A DNA stretch of 64,000 nucleotides from Patescibacteria group bacterium (GCA_038065475.1 JBBTQY010000008.1:6562-70561); one strand, 5' to 3'; positions 9,934 to 18,514 are shown, counted from the first letter of the stretch. The notes: a model not told the origin generated them from the sequence alone. Numbers and translations: made by a program.

Positions 9934-10515
9934 TTAGGAGTAACACATGCGGCGTTGACCATATTCGACTACCTCTACCTCAACTCCTTTTTTGAGGCCA
10001 AACTTGCGGGCAGGCTTGAGCTCGGGCATCCAGATATCGACGCGCTGTTTGTAGCGCTCATTCATACAGTCTTCGACCACAAACTCCTGTTCGCCGAAAA
10101 GCTTGGGGAATCGGAGCTTGGTACCGAGCGGAAACTTGTTTGACGCGACAATACCCCATTGTACGCGTTTACCAGACGCCGTTTCAAAAGGCGTACTGTC
10201 AGTTTCCTCTGGACGTGAAGTGTAAGCGCTCACAGCAAGTTGATGCGTGCGCGCAGATGGACGCACCCCAATATCCAATCCCTCTTGAGGGATTGGTTCT
10301 TGGGGTTGGGTGTACGTAACTCTCCTCGGAGACGATGTGTGCCAGGAGATGTTCTCCATCTTCAAAACGGGATATTCAGCGAGCGGACGGAGCGGCTTAT
10401 GCGGCCGCAGTGCCATCGGCTGAATCTGATGGGGAATTTCTTCTAGCTGCGAGAGTTGACGCGCCTCTACGTCAGATACTCCAAAAACGAGTATCAAAAG
10501 CAGAATCGCAAACAC
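9934..10515 (-). CDS. Secreted 3D-domain (MltA-like) protein
   Basis: SAYTS..ETDSTPFETASG..VASN..GT..VEDC..RVDIWM. GTG 10515 follows SD AGGAGG and a TTGACA-17-TATACT promoter; signal peptide. Confidence 0.85.
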   Translation of the reverse strand: MFAILLLILVFGVSDVEARQLSQLEEIPHQIQPMALRPHKPLRPLAEYPVLKMENISWHTSSPRRVTYTQPQEPIPQEGLDIGVRPSARTHQLAVSAYTSRPEETDSTPFETASGKRVQWGIVASNKFPLGTKLRFPKLFGEQEFVVEDCMNERYKQRVDIWMPELKPARKFGLKKGVEVEVVEYGQRRMCYS

Positions 10516-10553
10516 GTAGTTCCTCCTTCTTGTTCCTCTTGAGTGTACTGATT

Positions 10554-10937
10554 CTAGTGTGAGTATAGCACGGTTTTCTCTTGTGTCAAGATACCGGGCT
10601 GCCACAAATCCTGCCGGAAGCACCTGACACCGGGGGTTTCGATATCTCGTACCTCCTCTATGGGCAAGTCATGCGCAAAAAAAAGCGGGGTCAGGCGCAA
10701 CGCTTCATCATCAAAACTCATCCCGTCAGGTAACGAAAAAGAAAGAAAGTATTGATCTCCCTGATCAGTAATATTGCGCGTAAAACAAAGCTTGATACCT
10801 GACAAAAATTCTGCGCGATGCCTTTCGTGCGGAGCGTCTGCGCACACATCAATCGGATATTCATCGGCCGCGCGACGTAAGCGCTCAGCGAGCGCCAATA
10901 CTTCTTCAGAATGTTCAAAAAGACTAGGGATCTTCAT
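10554..10937 (-). CDS. Hypothetical protein
   Basis: ATG 10937 preceded by TACAAT; avoids overlap with the upstream ORF. Confidence 0.55.
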   Translation of the reverse strand: MKIPSLFEHSEEVLALAERLRRAADEYPIDVCADAPHERHRAEFLSGIKLCFTRNITDQGDQYFLSFSLPDGMSFDDEALRLTPLFFAHDLPIEEVRDIETPGVRCFRQDLWQPGILTQEKTVLYSH

Positions 10938-10996
10938 GAAGTCATTGTAATAAAAAACCAAAAAGAAAAAAGAGGGGTCACGTTGTAACCTCTCTT

Positions 10997-11350
10997 CTAG
11001 TGAATATCCTTCTCCGCTTCTGCCTTTTCGTAGCGCGCCATCCAATCCAGAAGTTTTGAAAAATTCTTCTCCTCCTCTGGCCTTGCAAGATCAGCGTGCA
11101 AGAGCTTCTGTAAAACGTCGTCGAGATCTGCCGCCTCAACTTCATCAAGCTTAAGTTTCTCCTTCCCGTTTGCCATAAGCTTCAAGATAAGCTCGTTTAC
11201 CTCAAGCGTTTCGCGAAACCGCATGCCTTGCTGATCCCGTGCCTCACCTGTCTGGTAGAGTCTTCGAATGCGGTCTTCAATATCAAGAACATCTCTGCGA
11301 TGTTGCTGCATCCTCGCATCCCCCTCGCCGTGAAATTCTGGGTGCTCCAT
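10997..11350 (-). CDS. Hypothetical charged helical protein
   Basis: 117 aa ORF with ATG start. Confidence 0.6.
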   Translation of the reverse strand: MEHPEFHGEGDARMQQHRRDVLDIEDRIRRLYQTGEARDQQGMRFRETLEVNELILKLMANGKEKLKLDEVEAADLDDVLQKLLHADLARPEEEKNFSKLLDWMARYEKAEAEKDIH

Positions 11351-11391
11351 AGAACTGATTTAATCTAATAGTATTCCTTACCTATAAAATA

Positions 11392-11934
11392 TCAACGACG
11401 CCTGTCGAGGGCCACACCAAGTCCAAGCCCCATGCCCGCCTGCCAACAGATATAGAGTGTAAAAATCTGCTTTTGATACCAAAGCTCTGAAGCTGGGTCG
11501 CCCAAAAACCATGCAAGACCGAGGATAGCACCAAAAAATATAAGAATGCCGAGCTCTTTTAACTCAAGACCGAACAGTAAAATGCTAAACGACGCAAGCA
11601 TGACAAACGCACCAGCTCCACCAGCAATCAAAAACTCACCGTACGAGGGAGCTGTGTTGGTACCTTCTATCAAAAGTTGAACGGTTTTAACGGCGAGAAA
11701 ATAGCCTGCAGTTGAGCCTGCGATCCACAACGGCAAACGAAAAAGTAGTGTCATCTCACGATCACGACGCATCAATATCCCAAGAGCGATAAAGACACCG
11801 AAGATAATACCTGCTGCATACCAGGATGCATCATTCCACTGATAATAATTTTGGAGCGCGTCTGTTGCGATCGCTGAAAGAAATCCTGAGAGTGTCCCTA
11901 GCAGGCCAAACATGAGAGTATTACCAACCTTCAT
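11392..11934 (-). CDS. Multi-pass membrane protein
   Basis: About 6 TM segments; ATG 11934 follows TACACT. Confidence 0.7.
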   Translation of the reverse strand: MKVGNTLMFGLLGTLSGFLSAIATDALQNYYQWNDASWYAAGIIFGVFIALGILMRRDREMTLLFRLPLWIAGSTAGYFLAVKTVQLLIEGTNTAPSYGEFLIAGGAGAFVMLASFSILLFGLELKELGILIFFGAILGLAWFLGDPASELWYQKQIFTLYICWQAGMGLGLGVALDRRR

Positions 11935-11975
11935 ATATAGATAGTGTAGAGCTGCCACTTGTAGGGACAATGCAC

Positions 11976-12086
11976 AAACAGAAAACCCCTCGCCTTTCGG
12001 CTAGGGGTTCGCTGCTCTCTGTGTTCTCGTGGTTTCAGGCCGATATGTCCGATTGGTTACGGAGCGACGGCCACAGAAGAGGTACC
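11976..12086 (-). ncRNA. Candidate ~110-nt small RNA
   Basis: TTGACG (12120-12115)-17 bp-TACACT (12097-12092) promoter, no ORF, internal stems, GAAA-capped terminator hairpin. Confidence 0.55.
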
Positions 12087-12141
12087 TTTTCAGTGTATCA
12101 AACCGCTACCCACACGTCAAGGGCCCTGGGGATACCGCCTA

Positions 12142-12447
12142 TTAATCCTTTTTATCGAGCCGGTCGAGACCTATCCATTTGACCCCAAAATATACCACGA
12201 AGGCAATGACCGTAAAATCAATGAGCGTACTTACAAAATTACCAAGCCCGAGCGACACGGGGCCAAGCGCGAGCTTGGCATCTTTGAGATTTCCCGCAGC
12301 CCCCAGCGCTACGCCAATGATGGGATTGACCAGATCATTGACCACGGAGCTAACTACTTTTGATACAGCACCACCCAAGATAAACCCGACAGCAAGTCCT
12401 ACTACCCCCTGCTTGCGAACAAAATCAAGAAACCCCTTAAAGTGCAT
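12142..12447 (-). CDS. mscL: Large-conductance mechanosensitive channel (short form)
   Basis: FLDFVRKQGVVGLAVGFILGGA..VVNDLVNP..GNFVSTLIDF. Confidence 0.92.
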   Translation of the reverse strand: MHFKGFLDFVRKQGVVGLAVGFILGGAVSKVVSSVVNDLVNPIIGVALGAAGNLKDAKLALGPVSLGLGNFVSTLIDFTVIAFVVYFGVKWIGLDRLDKKD

Positions 12448-12453
12448 GATCGG

Positions 12454-12690
12454 CTAGCGCTCGCCAAATGGAGAGATGTCTTTGAGAATCTGCTGCGGGG
12501 TTGGCGTATTTTCAAACCCCTGGTCGAGAAGAAGATTGTTGATATAGTAGAGAGCCAACATCCAAATAATCGTAGACGTGATAACACCTACCACGAAACC
12601 GCTCAGAGCTGAGGCAACCAATTGCCCGAGCTTAAATGCATATTTTTGCTTGTCATCAGAGACAAACGCCTTTCTCAAGGATGTGTACAT
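12454..12690 (-). CDS. Small single-TM hypothetical protein
   Basis: 78 aa, AFKLGQLVASALSGFVVG. Confidence 0.65.
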   Translation of the reverse strand: MYTSLRKAFVSDDKQKYAFKLGQLVASALSGFVVGVITSTIIWMLALYYINNLLLDQGFENTPTPQQILKDISPFGER

Positions 12691-12800
12691 AGAACGTATA
12701 AAAAATAAATAATAAAAAAGCTTTAAAAGCTACCTAAAGCTAGTATACCAAGAAATTTCATCGGTAAAGAGCCAAGATAGTGGATAGCGACAATAAATAA

Positions 12801-12816
12801 GTCGTTGTATTCTAAC
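12801..12816 (+). repeat. R0: degenerate distal right half-site
   Basis: GTCGTTGTATTCTAAC resembles GCGGTGGTATTATAAC and lies 3 bp from the last cassette stop codon. Confidence 0.45.
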
Positions 12817-12819
12817 GAG

Positions 12820-13477
12820 TCATCTCTGTTTTAATTCTGTATAGCCAAGATATTTCAGTTTTGCCTCCGCTATCATGTTGGCAATAGCTTTCGCCTCTTT
12901 CGATCGCGAGTGCCCTGGATGATATTTTCTCATAAGTATACCGAGTTTTTTATCATCGCCGTCCTTTATTCCTCGAAAAAACTCTCTATCTACAAGACGC
13001 TGTATGTACCTCTTATATTTTTTGCGATTTGGGTTGTTATGAAATGAAGATAATTTTGTTGGTATACCAGCAAAAAAGACTTTATATCCGCTTCCAAATA
13101 CCCTTTTCATCGTCCACCTACATCTCGCTTCGTGCCCGCTTGTGGTAATAATAAGAACATTTTTCCATATGGGATTTTTTTCTAAAGATTTGTTTTGAGA
13201 AATAAAAATTCCCTATAGTATCTCTGGACTTACGCTCAACATAAACAAGCTTTTTAGAAACACCGTGTTTAATTAGATAGTTTTGCATAACATCGGCTTC
13301 TTTGTACTTTGGTATAAATTTCATCCACGTGCTATACCCTCCGCTAACTATGATGGGAGTTTCTGTATATTTCTTATAGAGTTTTACGAAAGCCTCTAGT
13401 CTTTCCTTGGTATATAAAACGGGTTTGAGCGTCCCATCCGTTCCACCGCCGAGAATGATAATAACGTCTGGTTTCAT
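12820..13477 (-). pseudogene. YdcF/DUF218-family protein split by a +1 frameshift (cassette 13)
   Basis: N-part IIILGGG..IVSGG..EADVM..ERKSRDTIGN; the shifted frame continues NPIWKNVLIITTSGHEAR into ORF 12820-13110; break at the TTT/A7 run near 13175-13187. Confidence 0.8.
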
Positions 13478-13493
13478 AACCAAACACTACCAC

Positions 13494-13548
13494 AAAAGTT
13501 ATATTGGACTCTATTTAGGATCGCGAATGCGGTGGTATTATAACTTTT
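13494..13548 (+). repeat. Cassette repeat R1
   Basis: AAAAGTTATATTGGACTCTATTTAGGATCGCGAATGCGGTGGTATTATAACTTTT with perfect 10-bp terminal inverted arms. Confidence 0.9.
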
Positions 13549-13577
13549 CTCAATGATATACTTATTCTATAAATAAT

Positions 13578-13931
13578 ATGATTGAAACAAAAAGAATACA
13601 TGGGGGCCTCACTGGCCTTATGATTGGCAGTATACTCGGAATCATAATTACAGTTATCGCCTTCAGCTGTTTTGTTTGTGGATTCCTTTTAAGTCTTTCG
13701 AGCTTCTTCTCTCCACAGACTCTCTTAACGCCATTCTTTAATGGGACTGCATACTATGACAGCTTTACGCGCTATATCCTTTCATCGTTTGCTCTCTACA
13801 GTATATTAGGATTTCTCTTTGGATTTATTATTGGCAAAAAATCTCCTCCAGACAAAACTCTTAAAAGAATCTTTTATGTTGCACTGGCTATAATAGTGCT
13901 TAGTAGCATCTTCGTACCCCCAGAGCTATAA
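13578..13931 (+). CDS. Membrane protein (cassette 12)
   Basis: 117 aa, about 3 TM segments. Confidence 0.65.
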   Translation: MIETKRIHGGLTGLMIGSILGIIITVIAFSCFVCGFLLSLSSFFSPQTLLTPFFNGTAYYDSFTRYILSSFALYSILGFLFGFIIGKKSPPDKTLKRIFYVALAIIVLSSIFVPPEL

Positions 13932-14021
13932 GTACTGTCTTAAGGATTTACTTGAAGCTCTCTTTCCAAAAATAAAAAGAGATGCTAGCCTTTAGCTTGA
14001 AACAACAAACGGGAGGCGAAT

Positions 14022-14480
14022 ATGAACTCGCTCGTGAAAAAATATGTGGAAGCCGGCCGTCCCTTTCAGATGGGACTAATCTTGAGCTTTTTGTATAGAG
14101 GATTGCGGTTCGCAGAAGAAACCGCACCCCTATACGCTCAGCTCATGGACCTCACTGGGATGTGCATCGTCGCTCTCTACATGATCTTGATCTATGGTTC
14201 GCGGGGCAGACACAACCTCATCACTACGGGCCTCTTCAAGTACACGCGGCACCCAATGTATACGGGATTCGTACTCATCGAGTTTCGCTTCTGGTTCGCA
14301 CACCAATATCCGTGGGACTTCTGGGTATCGGCGGTGATCTTCTGGGGCTCGATCATCACGGCTGGCCTCATACAAGAAAAGGAAACTCTCGCAAAATTCG
14401 GGCCAGAGGCGGAAGAATACTACAAGAAAACTCCTCGGATTTTCCTCTTCTACCCACTCAAGAAGCTAGCGACACAATAA
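14022..14480 (+). CDS. Isoprenylcysteine/phospholipid methyltransferase family membrane protein (cassette 12)
   Basis: LITTGLFKYTRHPMYTG and EKETL..FG...EEY motifs; SD GGAGG. Confidence 0.8.
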   Translation: MNSLVKKYVEAGRPFQMGLILSFLYRGLRFAEETAPLYAQLMDLTGMCIVALYMILIYGSRGRHNLITTGLFKYTRHPMYTGFVLIEFRFWFAHQYPWDFWVSAVIFWGSIITAGLIQEKETLAKFGPEAEEYYKKTPRIFLFYPLKKLATQ

Positions 14481-14495
14481 CCTCTGTCGCTTTTT

Positions 14496-14528
14496 TATTT
14501 GGGTCACAAGTACAGAGGTTATTATAAA
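14496..14528 (+). repeat. Cassette repeat R2 (degenerate)
   Basis: TATTTGGGTCACAAGTACAGAGGTTATTATAAA; its right part forms a 12-bp stem with 14476-14487. Confidence 0.7.
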
Positions 14529-14624
14529 TTTACTCCAAGAAAAAGAATTTTTAGTGTACATCTCAAGGACCCTTTGTAGAATTGACCTTATCTATGCTAG
14601 TTTCTCTGCAGAAGGAGGTCTTCA

Positions 14625-14939
14625 GTGCCCATAAAATATGCTCCGAGAAAAAAGGATATTCTTCTCGTAAAAGCCTTCTTGGCCATACGAGCAGGACTCC
14701 ATTCAATGGACGAATCCACACGACAATCGATGTCAACGAATCCAGAAATGAAACCTGGATACGAAGCCATGCGAGAAGCTGAACGTGAAATGGAAAGATG
14801 GGTAAGAAGTATCGTCTGTCGCACAGCCGGAAAAATCTGTGGAAGTAAGGAGTGGATAGCAGCTGGTCCCTGCGAATGCACTAACTGCCAAATATACCTC
14901 GACATGCTTCCGCATGAACACCTCCATTTCTCTCAATAG
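14625..14939 (+). CDS. Hypothetical protein with Cys/His cluster (cassette 11)
   Basis: SD AAGGAGG plus GTG; C..C..CECTNC..H; terminator GCCAATC/GATTGGC plus T-run. Confidence 0.65.
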   Translation: MPIKYAPRKKDILLVKAFLAIRAGLHSMDESTRQSMSTNPEMKPGYEAMREAEREMERWVRSIVCRTAGKICGSKEWIAAGPCECTNCQIYLDMLPHEHLHFSQ

Positions 14940-14989
14940 AAGAAGGTCGTCAACTACGCCAATCAGAATACGATTGGCTTTTTTATTTA

Positions 14990-15071
14990 AAAGGTCCGAT
15001 TAAGTTCTATTTGGGGTCGTCCGCCTCGGTGAGCTCGGCGAGACGGGCGAGTGCTGTGGCATTATACCTTT
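14990..15071 (+). repeat. Cassette repeat R3 with 28-bp palindromic insertion
   Basis: AAAGGTCCGATTAAGTTCTATTTGGGGTCG[15020-15047]CGAGTGCTGTGGCATTATACCTTT. Confidence 0.9.
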
Positions 15072-15481
15072 GCTTTCGGGTCCTTCTTTGTAACAATAAC
15101 CCATTCAGTCTCTCCTGGTAATCTCCTTTGAAAGGCGGCTTTTGCTGGATTTATGCTCGGATAGTTAGCCCACGGATTCATCCAGCCCCTTGGAGTTTTC
15201 AATAGAAAATGTCCTTGAGAATATTTCTTTGAGCGCTTTATAAATACAATCGTGCCTGGCAAATATTTTTTTTGACTCCATCTTTTAGACGAGCATCCCT
15301 TAGTGATTATATTTACTTTAGAAAGAGCGCTTACAATATCTTTGTTATAGAAACCAACCGTATACTCTTTAAGCCTTCCATTGCTAAAGTGACTTCTCAT
15401 TTTCTTATAAGTCAAATCTGAGAGTGATGCTGCACACGCAATCGCACACCCCATCGGAGCTTCCTGGGCTACCAATTTCAT
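15062..15481 (-). CDS. Peptidase C39-like (papain-fold) protein (cassette 10)
   Basis: Q-x5-C (AQEAPMGCAIACAA), GHF, downstream NPW; stop codon lies inside the R3 arm. Confidence 0.6.
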   Translation of the reverse strand: MKLVAQEAPMGCAIACAASLSDLTYKKMRSHFSNGRLKEYTVGFYNKDIVSALSKVNIITKGCSSKRWSQKKYLPGTIVFIKRSKKYSQGHFLLKTPRGWMNPWANYPSINPAKAAFQRRLPGETEWVIVTKKDPKAKV

Positions 15482-15517
15482 ATCATCATAGTAGTTTTTA
15501 TATTTTTATTATCAAGA

Positions 15518-15629
15518 AAGGTTCGATCCCCACTAGCCTGTCGAAAATCGAAAAGACGTTGCCAGATAGCAACTTTAGTTATATTAGATTTTCTTTTAGG
15601 GTCGCGAGTGCGGTGGTATTATGAATTTT
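15518..15629 (+). repeat. Cassette repeat R4 with 60-bp extension carrying an inverted tRNA-His T-arm copy
   Basis: AAGGTTCGATCCCCACTAGCC...GTTGC/GCAAC hairpin...AGTTATATTAGATTTTCTTTTAGGGTCGCGAGTGCGGTGGTATTATGAA. Confidence 0.9.
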
Positions 15630-15726
15630 CTACCAACATTAAAAACACTTCATTTTATAACACGCTTGCAAGAATGTATGACTTCCATTAATACTAAAGA
15701 TGGAATCTCTCGCGAGGAAGGAGTAA

Positions 15727-15873
15727 ATGACTGTGCCGAAGAAAAACCCGAAGTCTCGACTGCAATGGTCAGCTAAAGATGAAAAGAAATTCAAGCATAC
15801 ACTCAAGCGATTGAGTAGGGAGGTTGTTCGCGAAATTGTTACTCGTGCCAAGCAACGAAAAAAGAAAAAATAA
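15727..15873 (+). CDS. 48-aa highly basic peptide (cassette 9; not in ORF track)
   Basis: SD GGAAGGAG, MTVPKKNPKSRLQWSAKDEKKFKHTLKRLSREVVREIVTRAKQRKKKK, followed by a TTCG-capped hairpin plus T-run. Confidence 0.7.
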   Translation: MTVPKKNPKSRLQWSAKDEKKFKHTLKRLSREVVREIVTRAKQRKKKK

Positions 15874-15911
15874 CACGCCACCGTACGGTTCGCCCTGCGG
15901 TTCTTTTTTTT

Positions 15912-15996
15912 AGAAGATTATATTAAATTCTATTTGGGGTCGTCCGCCTCGGTGAGCTCGGCGAGACGGGCGAGTGCGGTGGTATTATACCCTTCT
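15912..15996 (+). repeat. Cassette repeat R5 with the same 28-bp palindromic insertion
   Basis: AGAAGATTATATTAAATTCTATTTGGGGTCG[15943-15970]CGAGTGCGGTGGTATTATACCCTTCT. Confidence 0.9.
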
Positions 15997-16736
15997 TAAA
16001 AGCTCCTATGCTTTTTTAAAGATTTTAACCAAGCCAAGGTTACCTTAAAAAGTTCTTCTTGCTTGCCTTCTTCAGCAAAATTATGGCCAGCTCCTTTGAT
16101 TACCGAGAGCGACTTCGGATTGTTTGCTGATTTATACATCTTCTTACCACCACCAATTAAAACTCCCTTGCCTGCAAGAATTATCTTTATAGGTGCTTGT
16201 ATTTTTTTGATAAGATCCAGAGAATCAACGGTTTTTGACTCTCGAATCAATTCCTCTCTTAACACCACTTCGAAACCTTCGTTTAATATCCTGCCATTTA
16301 TCGCTTTAATAAATTTACATCCGTAAAAGAACTTTACGATTACTGGCATATAAGAACCGTCCCAAAATATAACCCCGTCAAAATCTTTTTTTGCTGAGCT
16401 CAAAATGGATGGAGCTCCATAGCTGTGCCCGACTACAAAAATCTTTTTTGCTCCATTCTTTCTAAGATAATCGACAACAGTATCGATATCTTGCCCGTGA
16501 ATTTTGAGGGTGCATTCTCCCAAGTTGCGTGCGCCTTTTTGCCAATCATAAAGGTTGAAGCGAAATACAGAGAAACCATTCTTCTCAAAAAAACGAGCAG
16601 CATTGTAATGCATAGCTTCATCCATATGACCTGTCAGACCATGAACCAGAACAATCGTGGGCTTATTTAAAGAACCGCGGAGTTTTGCGTAAATAATCTT
16701 TTTATCTTTAGTTTTTAACCTAAGATTTTTTTCCAT
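15996..16736 (-). CDS. Alpha/beta hydrolase (cassette 8)
   Basis: VHGLTG, GHSYG nucleophile elbow, GAGHNF. Confidence 0.9.
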   Translation of the reverse strand: MEKNLRLKTKDKKIIYAKLRGSLNKPTIVLVHGLTGHMDEAMHYNAARFFEKNGFSVFRFNLYDWQKGARNLGECTLKIHGQDIDTVVDYLRKNGAKKIFVVGHSYGAPSILSSAKKDFDGVIFWDGSYMPVIVKFFYGCKFIKAINGRILNEGFEVVLREELIRESKTVDSLDLIKKIQAPIKIILAGKGVLIGGGKKMYKSANNPKSLSVIKGAGHNFAEEGKQEELFKVTLAWLKSLKKHRSF

Positions 16737-16753
16737 ATCACAACCGTAGCATA

Positions 16754-16872
16754 AAGGGTTCGATTCCCACTAGCCTATCGGAGATCGAAAAAGCGTTGCT
16801 AGATCGCAACTTCAGCTATATTAGTTTTTCTTTTGGGATCGCGAGTGCGGCGGTATTATAACTATTCTTGCT
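16754..16872 (+). repeat. Cassette repeat R6 with the same extension as R4
   Basis: AAGGGTTCGATTCCCACTAGCC...AGCTATATTAGTTTTTCTTTTGGGATCGCGAGTGCGGCGGTATTATAACTATTCTTGCT. Confidence 0.9.
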
Positions 16873-16888
16873 CAACTGAAAGCTTGTT

Positions 16889-17209
16889 TTAACTGAACGA
16901 CACCCCTCTTGTTTGTCCTTTCTCCAAAAAACGTTTTCGTTGGGATAAATAACTATCACCGCTCCCATAAAAAGCGAATTCTAAGACGACGTATCTAAAA
17001 GCGCGCCCAGGAGAATAAGTGAACGTTTTAGTTAGATCCTTATAAACCCATGTTCTTATCGGAATTTCTCCTATTAACCCAACTGCCAAAAATACTAAAG
17101 CTGGTAGCGAAAGAATGTCTCCGCGTTCTATGGCCCACCAGATTAAAGCAGTGGCTAATAGTATTATTCTAAAGTATATATATCCCCAGATGCCTCGCGT
17201 GGAAGTCAT
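16889..17209 (-). CDS. Membrane hypothetical protein (cassette 7)
   Basis: 106 aa, two N-terminal TMs, fills the cassette. Confidence 0.6.
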   Translation of the reverse strand: MTSTRGIWGYIYFRIILLATALIWWAIERGDILSLPALVFLAVGLIGEIPIRTWVYKDLTKTFTYSPGRAFRYVVLEFAFYGSGDSYLSQRKRFLEKGQTRGVSFS

Positions 17210-17231
17210 ATTATCATCCTAAAATGGGTAC

Positions 17232-17271
17232 AAAGTTTTTACTAGGGTCGCGAGTGCGGTGACATTATAAC
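17232..17271 (+). repeat. Cassette repeat R7 (left half shortened)
   Basis: AAAGTTTTTACTAGGGTCGCGAGTGCGGTGACATTATAAC; contains the NUDIX stop codon. Confidence 0.85.
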
Positions 17272-17672
17272 ATTGCTTTCCGAATCGCCTCTTTATAAAA
17301 TCTTGGCATATTGAGGTTTTCTACTTCTTCGAGTGAAAAAGGTTGGAACTCCGCCTTGCCCGCCTCTCCATCAATCTCAAACTCGCCAGTCTTTTTGAGA
17401 AGTTTGCAGAGGTATGAAACTACCAAAACACCAACAGATTCATCGGACGATTTTTGGATAGTATAAAGATACGTTTGGATGACATCTCCAACCTCCACCT
17501 CGAAACCGAGCTCTTCTTGCATCTCGCGTTTTACTGTATCAATTGGTTGTTCTCCTTCGTCGAGTTTGCCGCCTGGCAGCTCCCACTCGTTACGTTCGTT
17601 TTTACGAAGCCAAACCTTACCATCTTCGAAGACAATGCCCTTTACAGAAATGGGGACTTTGTATGTGCTCAT
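17265..17672 (-). CDS. NUDIX hydrolase (cassette 6)
   Basis: Nudix box PGGKLDEGEQPIDTVKREMQEELG. Confidence 0.93.
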   Translation of the reverse strand: MSTYKVPISVKGIVFEDGKVWLRKNERNEWELPGGKLDEGEQPIDTVKREMQEELGFEVEVGDVIQTYLYTIQKSSDESVGVLVVSYLCKLLKKTGEFEIDGEAGKAEFQPFSLEEVENLNMPRFYKEAIRKAML

Positions 17673-17690
17673 GTGAGAATCCTAGCACGG

Positions 17691-17830
17691 AAGTTATATG
17701 AGATTCTATTTGTGGTGCCGTAGTAGAGGATGTTAGAACTGTGCTTGAGAGATTAAGTGAAGAGATTTATATACCGAATTTAATTGGAAAATGAAAACGC
17801 CACCTTTGATATAATCGCTGGTATTATAAC
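17691..17830 (+). repeat. Cassette repeat R8 with ~95-bp unrelated central insert
   Basis: Left half AAGTTATATGAGATTCTATTTGTGGT at 17691; right end CGCTGGTATTATAAC at 17816-17830. Confidence 0.7.
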
Positions 17831-17872
17831 CATCCTAAGCTACGCCCGTCTTTAAGATGATCCGTACGTCAT

Positions 17873-18514
17873 TCAATATAATTTTGAGTTGTCTCTTTTA
17901 TTTTGCTCTCGCCCTAAAGCTTCGTTTAATCGAGCAAGATATATTTTTGCCTGTTCGCGTTTTACGGGGTCAGCAACCGCATCAATCGCAAGAAAAAGTT
18001 TCTCACTATCAAATAAAACTTCAAACACTTCGTCTCGAGATTCAGACTCCTTGTACTGCCGCCAGGGCTCTACATTATCAAGATAAACTACATCTTCCTT
18101 TTCATTAAATGCAAAATTCATCCCCCCTTTATCAAATCTAATACCTGTATCATTCATCTTGTTTATAAACTCAATAACGCGAGGATCTCTTGCGCGTGCG
18201 TCTGCTTGTTCTTGTGCAAATGATATATCATCATCTGTTACATCAGATTTATTAACTAACATTTGCATTGCTTTATGCTCTTCGTCACGAGCTTTTTTTT
18301 CCTCAATAATACGATTGGGTTCTGAAGTAGATTGATGTAAATACGGAATATTGTCAGGAAATAGAATATATAAAATCTTTGCTAGATATCCTCTAGCTAT
18401 TACTTTATCCTTCTCAGCTTCCCGAAAGTATTCCTTTATAACACGGTCTGGGTGATACGGGTGTCCGTGAACAGTTTTATCGAACCCCTCCCCTAAAAAT
18501 TCTCCCTTTTCCAT
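17873..18514 (-). CDS. Protein-kinase-like hypothetical protein (cassette 5)
   Basis: LGEGFDKTV Gly-loop, VIKE, D-x4-N (DKGGMN), YLD. Confidence 0.55.
   Translation of the reverse strand: MEKGEFLGEGFDKTVHGHPYHPDRVIKEYFREAEKDKVIARGYLAKILYILFPDNIPYLHQSTSEPNRIIEEKKARDEEHKAMQMLVNKSDVTDDDISFAQEQADARARDPRVIEFINKMNDTGIRFDKGGMNFAFNEKEDVVYLDNVEPWRQYKESESRDEVFEVLFDSEKLFLAIDAVADPVKREQAKIYLARLNEALGREQNKRDNSKLY

Noticed and set aside
15912-15930. Left arm TTATATTAAAT resembling the XerD arm of dif (TTATGTTAAAT)
   Set aside because: No XerC-like arm at a 6-bp spacing in any copy, and the arms face outward from the repeat centre.
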